A stretch of DNA of 18,676 nucleotides from Vulcanimicrobiota bacterium. GTDB taxonomy: Bacteria; Vulcanimicrobiota; Vulcanimicrobiia; Vulcanimicrobiales; Vulcanimicrobiaceae. The stretch is from positions 887-19,562 of the forward strand of contig PLCF01000084.1 of the NCBI GenBank assembly GCA_003135555.1. The letters run 5' to 3'. This document shows positions 13,572 through 18,676 of this stretch, piece after piece; position 1 is the first letter of the stretch; the number at the start of each line of letters is the position of its first letter. The translations under genes and the position numbers were made by a program. The notes under the pieces are model-generated. The model was not told the origin of the DNA. It did not search any database and was given only the letters and a program-made list of their open reading frames with translations.

Positions 13572-14530
13572 CGTCTCGCGCTAGATTCCTCGGTACCGCC
13601 GCCGCCGCAGCAGCGACCGCCTTCCCAACCGCGATCTTTGCGCAAACCCGGCGTCCGCTGTCGATCGGTTATGTGCCCTCGACGCTGTTCGCACCGGTTT
13701 TTGTCGCCGTTGAGAAGGGCTATCTGCGCGACGCCGGTTTCGACGCCACCCTCAGCCCGATCGTGGCCGGCGCCGACTCGATGAGCCTGGTCGCGCAAGG
13801 CCAAGTCGACGTTGCGGCCGCGGCGTTGTCGGCGGCGTTCTACAACGCCGTCAACCGCGGGCTGGAGATCAAGTTCGTCGCGTCGACGGGCTATCAGCCG
13901 CGCCGTGGCCGCCCGTCGGCGCTGCTCATACGCCAAGACCTGTACGAGGGCGGCTTGCGCATCCCGGGGCTGCGCGGACGCAAGATCGGCTGGATCGGAA
14001 ACAGCGGCGCCGCGTCGGCATACTACGTGGCGCGCATCTTGCGCGGGGCGTCGCTGCGGCTCACCGACATCGAGTCGCTCAACATCCCCAACCCCGAGCA
14101 GGAAACCGCACTCGATCACAAAGCGATCGACGCGCTGTTCACGTCGGCACCCTTCACCGAGCTGTTCGCGCAGAAGCGGCTCGCCACGATCGTGGCCTCC
14201 CCGCCGCCGGGGATCGCCGCCGCGGGAGTCTTCTTCGGGCCGGGGCTGCTCCACAACCCCGACAACGCGCGCGCCGTGATGACGGCGCTGCGGAAGGCCG
14301 CGGCGGAGATCGCCGGCGACGGCTTCTTCGCACCGGCGAACATCGACGCGTACGCGAAGTACACGAAGCAGCCCATCGAGTTGATCAAGGCCGCACCGCG
14401 CTACGACTTCAAGCCCGACCTGCGCATCGACCAAGCGACGCTCGAAGACATGCAGCGCGAGTTCGTCGCCGACAAGATCCTCACGTACCCGCAACCCCTC
14501 AACGAAGTGCGGCTGGTCGCACGCTTCTAG
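13568..14530 (+). CDS. ABC transporter substrate-binding protein, SsuA/TauA/NMT1-like (320 aa)
   Basis: Tat-like leader MTSRARFLGTAAAAAATAFPTAIFA. Motifs APVFVAVEKGYLRDAG, LVAQGQVDVA, LRGRKIG and AIDALFTSAPF. ATGA overlap with the upstream gene. Confidence 0.92.
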   Translation: MTSRARFLGTAAAAAATAFPTAIFAQTRRPLSIGYVPSTLFAPVFVAVEKGYLRDAGFDATLSPIVAGADSMSLVAQGQVDVAAAALSAAFYNAVNRGLEIKFVASTGYQPRRGRPSALLIRQDLYEGGLRIPGLRGRKIGWIGNSGAASAYYVARILRGASLRLTDIESLNIPNPEQETALDHKAIDALFTSAPFTELFAQKRLATIVASPPPGIAAAGVFFGPGLLHNPDNARAVMTALRKAAAEIAGDGFFAPANIDAYAKYTKQPIELIKAAPRYDFKPDLRIDQATLEDMQREFVADKILTYPQPLNEVRLVARF

Positions 14531-14531
14531 G

Positions 14532-14843
14532 CTACGGCTTCTCGTCGAAGAACGCGGTCTCTTCGGCGATGTACTCCGTGACGAGCCGGCGGTACAGCCG
14601 TTCGATGAGCGCCGGATCGCCGCCGTGGTCGCGCGCGATGCGGCGCACGTTCTCGTACACGACCGCTTGGCGGGCCGGCGCCGCCAGGTCCCCGGGATCC
14701 GATTTAAAGTCGGCGGCCCGGCGCACGTAGGCCGCCCGCTCGACGAGCAGCGGGACGATGGTGCGGTCGAGGTCGTCGATTTGCACGCGAACATCCTCGA
14801 GCGACGTACAGTCCTCGGGTCTCACCCCCGTCCGGTTCGGCAC
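14532..14843 (-). CDS. AroQ-fold chorismate mutase type II / isochorismate-pyruvate lyase (PchB-like); alternative start GTG 14825
   Basis: PEDCTSLEDVRVQIDDLDRTIVPLLVERAAYVRRAADFK...APAR...YIAEE closely parallels PchB (PEDCTGLADIREAIDRID...FK...PAPER...YIAEQ, recalled from memory). Confidence 0.9.
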   Translation of the reverse strand: MPNRTGVRPEDCTSLEDVRVQIDDLDRTIVPLLVERAAYVRRAADFKSDPGDLAAPARQAVVYENVRRIARDHGGDPALIERLYRRLVTEYIAEETAFFDEKP

Positions 14844-14911
14844 CGGCCCGCCGCGAACCGCTAGCAGTCTGCTAGAGGGTTCGGCGCGCGCGGCGCGCCA
14901 AACGTCCGCGG

Positions 14912-16099
14912 ATGGACCTCGTGCGGGGCGGCCGCATCGCGACGATCGACGGGCTGCGCGGCATCGCCATCGCCTTGGTCGTGTGGTTTCATCTCTGGCA
15001 GATCGACTGGAAGAACGCGACGATCCCGTTCGTCAACTTGTCGCTCCAACCGATCGCTGAAACCGGCTTTCTCGGCGTCGCGCTGTTCTTCTTCATCTCC
15101 GGGTTCGTCTTAACGCTGCCGTATACGCAGGCGCATCTCGGCGGCACGACACCGCCGTCGCTGCGCCACTTCGCCGGCCGCCGCTTTCTGAAGATCGTCC
15201 CGTCGTACGTGCTGTGCGGCGCCGTGATGCTCGCGATCGGCTATCATTCCTATGCGACGTTCGCCGACGCGGCGCGCGACGTCGCATTTCACCTGCTCTT
15301 CATCCACAACTGGTTTGCTGCAACGAACACATCCATCGACGGCGTGATGTGGTCGCTCGGCGTCGAGATTCAGTTCTACGTGCTCTTCCCGCTGCTCATC
15401 CTTGCGTTTGTGCGGCGCCCAGTCGTCTTGGCGCTGGCCCTGTTCGCCGTCGCGAACGGCTGGCGGATCTGGTGCATGCTCTCGAGCCATTTTTACTACG
15501 AGCAGCGGCTCGCGCAGCTGCCGGGATACATCGACTTTTTCGCGGCCGGGATGCTCGCCGCGTTCGCGTACGTCGCGATCGCAACGCGCCGTCCAGGACT
15601 GGCCCAACGGCGCTGGGCGTTCACCGCTTTGTCGGCGGCAGGTTTCGTCGCGCTGACGTTGCTTGCGAACGATTGCTACATCCATCGCTACGACCACGAG
15701 TGGCCGCAACTGTGGGCGGTCCAGTGGCGCTCCGCCCTCGCTCTGGCATGCTTTGCGGCGGCGCTGGGCTCGCTCTTCGCGGTGCGCGGCTTTCAGCTCG
15801 CGCTCGCGAACCCGGCGCTGTTGTTCCTCGCGGCGATCTCCTACAATCTCTACCTCTGGCACCAATCGCTCGCGAACATCCTGGTGCATCTTCGTCTTCC
15901 ACCCTACGCCGGCGTCGATCCGCACGACGACCCGCATTGGATGTTGACCTACTGGTTCGTCGCAATCCCCGTCGCGCTCGGCGTGTCGGCGCTGATAACC
16001 TACGGGTTCGAGCAGCCGATTCTGCGCCTAGGCAAGCGGAGCCGCGGCGCGCGGCCGACGACGGTGCCGGCCGCTCCGGAAACCGTCGTGGAAACGTAG
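14912..16099 (+). CDS. Acyltransferase family 3 membrane protein (OafA/YrhL-like, 395 aa)
   Basis: IDGLRGIAIALVVWFH, GVALFFFISGFVL, RRFLKIVPSY, WSLGVEIQFY, ISYNLYLWH and FEQP. About 10 hydrophobic segments and no SGNH tail. Confidence 0.95.
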   Translation: MDLVRGGRIATIDGLRGIAIALVVWFHLWQIDWKNATIPFVNLSLQPIAETGFLGVALFFFISGFVLTLPYTQAHLGGTTPPSLRHFAGRRFLKIVPSYVLCGAVMLAIGYHSYATFADAARDVAFHLLFIHNWFAATNTSIDGVMWSLGVEIQFYVLFPLLILAFVRRPVVLALALFAVANGWRIWCMLSSHFYYEQRLAQLPGYIDFFAAGMLAAFAYVAIATRRPGLAQRRWAFTALSAAGFVALTLLANDCYIHRYDHEWPQLWAVQWRSALALACFAAALGSLFAVRGFQLALANPALLFLAAISYNLYLWHQSLANILVHLRLPPYAGVDPHDDPHWMLTYWFVAIPVALGVSALITYGFEQPILRLGKRSRGARPTTVPAAPETVVET

Positions 16100-16153
16100 A
16101 CTGCCGTAGCGAGTGGAAAGGGGTTGCCGCTTCCGGCTCCGATAACTGCGGGC

Positions 16154-17296
16154 ATGAAGATCGCGGTCCCGAAGGAACGCGCGCCCGGTGAACGTCGCGT
16201 CGCGCTCGTTCCCGAGATCGTCGCGAAGTTCGTCAAAGCCGGCCATACCGTCGTCGTCGAGCGCGACGCGGGCACGAGCGCCGGCTATACCGATGCCGCG
16301 TTCGAGAGCGCGGGCGCAACGATCGCCCCCGACGCGCGCGTCGCGTATGCCGAGGCCGAGGTCATCGTTCGGGTGGCGAAGCCGTCCGACGCCGAGCTGG
16401 ACGGGATCGCGCGCGGCGTCGCGCTGATCGGATTGCTCTCGCCGCTGGGCGATCCGGCCTCGGTGGAACGCTACGCGCAACGCGGGATCACCGCGCTTTC
16501 GATGGATGCCATCCCGCGCACCACCAAAGCGCAAGCGATGGACGCGCTCAGCTCACAGGCGAACATCGGCGGCTACAAAGCCGCGCTGCTCGCGGCGAGC
16601 TACCTGCCGAAGTTTTTCCCGATGCTCACCACGGCCGCGGGGACGGTCCCGCCGGCGAAGGCGCTCATCATCGGCGCCGGCGTCGCCGGGCTGCAAGCGA
16701 TCGCGACGTGCCGCCGGCTCGGCGCGGTGGTGACCGCGTACGACACGCGCTCGGTCGTCGCCGAACAGGTGAAGTCGCTGGGCGCGAAGTTCCTGGAGAT
16801 CGATGTCGGCGAGAGCGGCGAAGGGCAGGGCGGCTACGCGAAAGAGCTTTCGGCCGAAGCGCTCGCCAAGCAGCGCGCCGGGATGGTCAAGGCGATCGGC
16901 GCGAGCGACGTCGTCATCACGACCGCCGCGATCCCCGGCAAGCGGGCGCCGATCCTCGTCACGGCCGAAGCCGTCGCGGCGATGGCGCCGGGCAGCGTGA
17001 TCGTCGACCTCGCGGCCGAGACCGGCGGCAACGTCGACGGCACGCAACCCGGCGAGGTCGTCACGAGCGCCAACGGCGTGACGATCGTCGGGCTGTTGAA
17101 CTTGCCCTCGACGCTGCCGTACGACGCCAGCCGGCTCTACGCGCGCAACGTGCAGGCGCTGCTCGACTATCTCACTCGCGACGGCGCGCTCGTGCTCGAC
17201 CCCAGCGACGAGATCGTCGCCGGAACGACGATCACCCGCGACGGTGCGATCGTGCACGAGCCGACGCACGCCGCGCTCACCGGAGGGGCCGCGTGA
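16154..17296 (+). CDS. pntAA: NAD(P)+ transhydrogenase alpha subunit, part 1 (dI, 380 aa)
   Basis: MKIAVPKERAPGERRVALVP, PRTTKAQAMDALSSQANIGGYKA, FFPMLTTAAGT, IIGAGVAGLQAIAT, GGYAKE and GSVIVDLAAETGGN. Confidence 0.96.
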   Translation: MKIAVPKERAPGERRVALVPEIVAKFVKAGHTVVVERDAGTSAGYTDAAFESAGATIAPDARVAYAEAEVIVRVAKPSDAELDGIARGVALIGLLSPLGDPASVERYAQRGITALSMDAIPRTTKAQAMDALSSQANIGGYKAALLAASYLPKFFPMLTTAAGTVPPAKALIIGAGVAGLQAIATCRRLGAVVTAYDTRSVVAEQVKSLGAKFLEIDVGESGEGQGGYAKELSAEALAKQRAGMVKAIGASDVVITTAAIPGKRAPILVTAEAVAAMAPGSVIVDLAAETGGNVDGTQPGEVVTSANGVTIVGLLNLPSTLPYDASRLYARNVQALLDYLTRDGALVLDPSDEIVAGTTITRDGAIVHEPTHAALTGGAA

Positions 17297-17613
17297 TCTC
17301 CGCACATCTGCTCACCGAGATAACGATCTTCATCTTGGCCGTCTTCGTCGGGTTCGAAGTGATCTCGAAGGTTCCGACGACGCTGCATACGCCGCTGATG
17401 TCGGCGACGAACGCGATCCACGGGATCGTGCTCGTCGGCGCGATCCTCATCGCGGGGACGGCGGACGCGCCGCTGGGCTGGGCCGCCGGTTTCATCCTCG
17501 TCGTCCTGGCCTCGCTCAACGTCTTCGGCGGCTACACGGTGACCGAGCGGATGCTCGAGATGTTCCGGCCCAAAGTGCGGCCGCCCAAGCCGCCGGCGGA
17601 CGGCGCGCAATGA
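17293..17613 (+). CDS. pntAB: NAD(P)+ transhydrogenase alpha subunit, part 2 (membrane, 106 aa)
   Basis: GTG 17293 (GTGA overlap, GGAGGGG upstream). IFILAVFVGFEVISKVPTTLHTPLMSATNAIHGIVLVGA...NVFGGYTVTERMLEMF. Confidence 0.95.
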   Translation: MISAHLLTEITIFILAVFVGFEVISKVPTTLHTPLMSATNAIHGIVLVGAILIAGTADAPLGWAAGFILVVLASLNVFGGYTVTERMLEMFRPKVRPPKPPADGAQ

Positions 17614-18676
17614 ACGCCGTCGACACCGCGCTCGCCAACCCGGTCGACATCGCGTACCTGATCACCGGGATCCTATTCATCCTAGGCCTGCGCTACTTGA
17701 GCTCGCCCAAGACCGCGGTCCTGGGCAACCGGCTCAGCGCGGTCGGGATGCTGATCGCCGTCGTCGCGACGCTGACCCAGGGGATCGTGAACTGGATCGT
17801 CGTCGGCGCCGCATTGCTGGTCGGCGCGGTGGTCGGAATCGTCTCCGCGCAACGCGTGAAGATGACCGCGATGCCGCAGATGGTCGCGATCTTCAACGGC
17901 GCCGGCGGCGGCGCGGCGGCGCTCGTTGCGGCCGGCGAGCTACTCAAGTACGTCAACTCCGCAACGCCGATCACCTACGACGTGGCGTTCACCAGCGTGC
18001 TCTCGGCGGTCATCGGCGCGCTTTCGTTCGCCGGCTCGATCATCGCGTTCCTCAAGCTGCAAGAGCTCATGACGGGGCGTCCGATCACCTATCCGGCGCA
18101 GCAGGTCGTCAACGCGCTGATCCTGCTGATCATTCTGGTCAGCTGGGGGCTGGTGGTCGCCGGCGTCGAGCCGGTGCTGCAATGGTTCTGGATCGCGCTG
18201 GTCGCTGCGCTGATCCTGGGCGTGCTGTTCGTGCTGCCGATCGGCGGCGCGGACATGCCGGTGGTGATCTCACTGCTCAACTCGTTCACCGGCCTGGCTG
18301 CGGCCTCCACGGGCTTCGTGCTGGGCAACAACGTGCTCATCATCAGCGGCGCGCTGGTGGGCGCGTCGGGGACGCTGCTCACCGTGTTGATGGGCAAAGC
18401 GATGAACCGCTCCATCACCAACGTGCTCTTCGGCGCGTTCGGCGCGGTGAAGGTGAGCAGCGCGGGCGCGGGTGCGCAGGGCGGGCAGAACGTCCGCTCC
18501 GTGAGCGCCGACGACGTCGCCGCGATGCTCGCCTATGCCAACGGAGTGATCGTCGTCCCCGGCTACGGCATGGCGGTGGCGCAGGCGCAGCACTCGATCC
18601 GCGAGCTCGCTGACCAGCTCGAGAAAAAGGGCGTCGAGGTCAAGTACGCCATCCATCCGGTCGCCGGGCGCATGCC
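17610..18676 (+). CDS. pntB: NAD(P)+ transhydrogenase beta subunit (partial, runs off the window)
   Basis: ATG 17610 (ATGA overlap). LFILGLRYLSSPKTAVLGN, VKMTAMPQMVAIFNGAGGGAA, PIGGADMPVVISLLNSFTG, AMNRS, VPGYGMAVAQAQH and YAIHPVAGRMP. Confidence 0.97.
   Translation, partial: MNAVDTALANPVDIAYLITGILFILGLRYLSSPKTAVLGNRLSAVGMLIAVVATLTQGIVNWIVVGAALLVGAVVGIVSAQRVKMTAMPQMVAIFNGAGGGAAALVAAGELLKYVNSATPITYDVAFTSVLSAVIGALSFAGSIIAFLKLQELMTGRPITYPAQQVVNALILLIILVSWGLVVAGVEPVLQWFWIALVAALILGVLFVLPIGGADMPVVISLLNSFTGLAAASTGFVLGNNVLIISGALVGASGTLLTVLMGKAMNRSITNVLFGAFGAVKVSSAGAGAQGGQNVRSVSADDVAAMLAYANGVIVVPGYGMAVAQAQHSIRELADQLEKKGVEVKYAIHPVAGRM

Noticed and set aside
16154..17613. Split pntA as a possible frameshift or pseudogene; 301-aa ORF 16708-17613
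   Set aside because: The three-subunit PntAA/PntAB/PntB organisation is a well-known natural form. PntAB has its own GGAGG RBS and GTG at 17293.
1..18676. CRISPR arrays, tRNA/rRNA, IS elements, integrases, defence systems
   Set aside because: No regularly spaced repeats, cloverleaf or rRNA signatures, or transposase, recombinase or defence-nuclease motifs were seen on reading.

Overview
High-GC bacterial chromosomal window. The lipoprotein style, the 'SRARFL' signal peptide and the gene content suggest Eremiobacterota/Vulcanimicrobiota; this is inference only. From left to right: (1) the 3' end of a + strand gene; (2) a ~1.7 kb lower-GC cassette bounded by a 14-bp direct repeat, carrying a terminator, a polysaccharide-lyase-like lipoprotein gene and a long structured leader; (3) a minus-strand run of abutting or overlapping genes: DUF4352-like lipoprotein, a truncated thioester-less alpha-2-macroglobulin-like protein with no canonical start codon for its signal peptide, polA, DUF192 and a secreted protein; (4) a divergent three-gene unit: a 57-aa Zn-ribbon gene missing from the ORF track, a secreted TonB-C-like protein and a C3H Zn-finger protein; (5) an aromatic-catabolism-like cluster: gentisate/salicylate 1,2-dioxygenase-family cupin plus DUF5069, divergent from an FAH-family hydrolase, an FAD oxidoreductase and an orphan SsuA/NMT1-type binding protein, converging on a PchB-like gene; (6) an acyltransferase-3 gene; (7) the three-gene pntAA-pntAB-pntB transhydrogenase operon, running off the right end. 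No CRISPR array, rRNA, tRNA, transposase or integrase was seen. All family calls come from motif recognition, not database searches.
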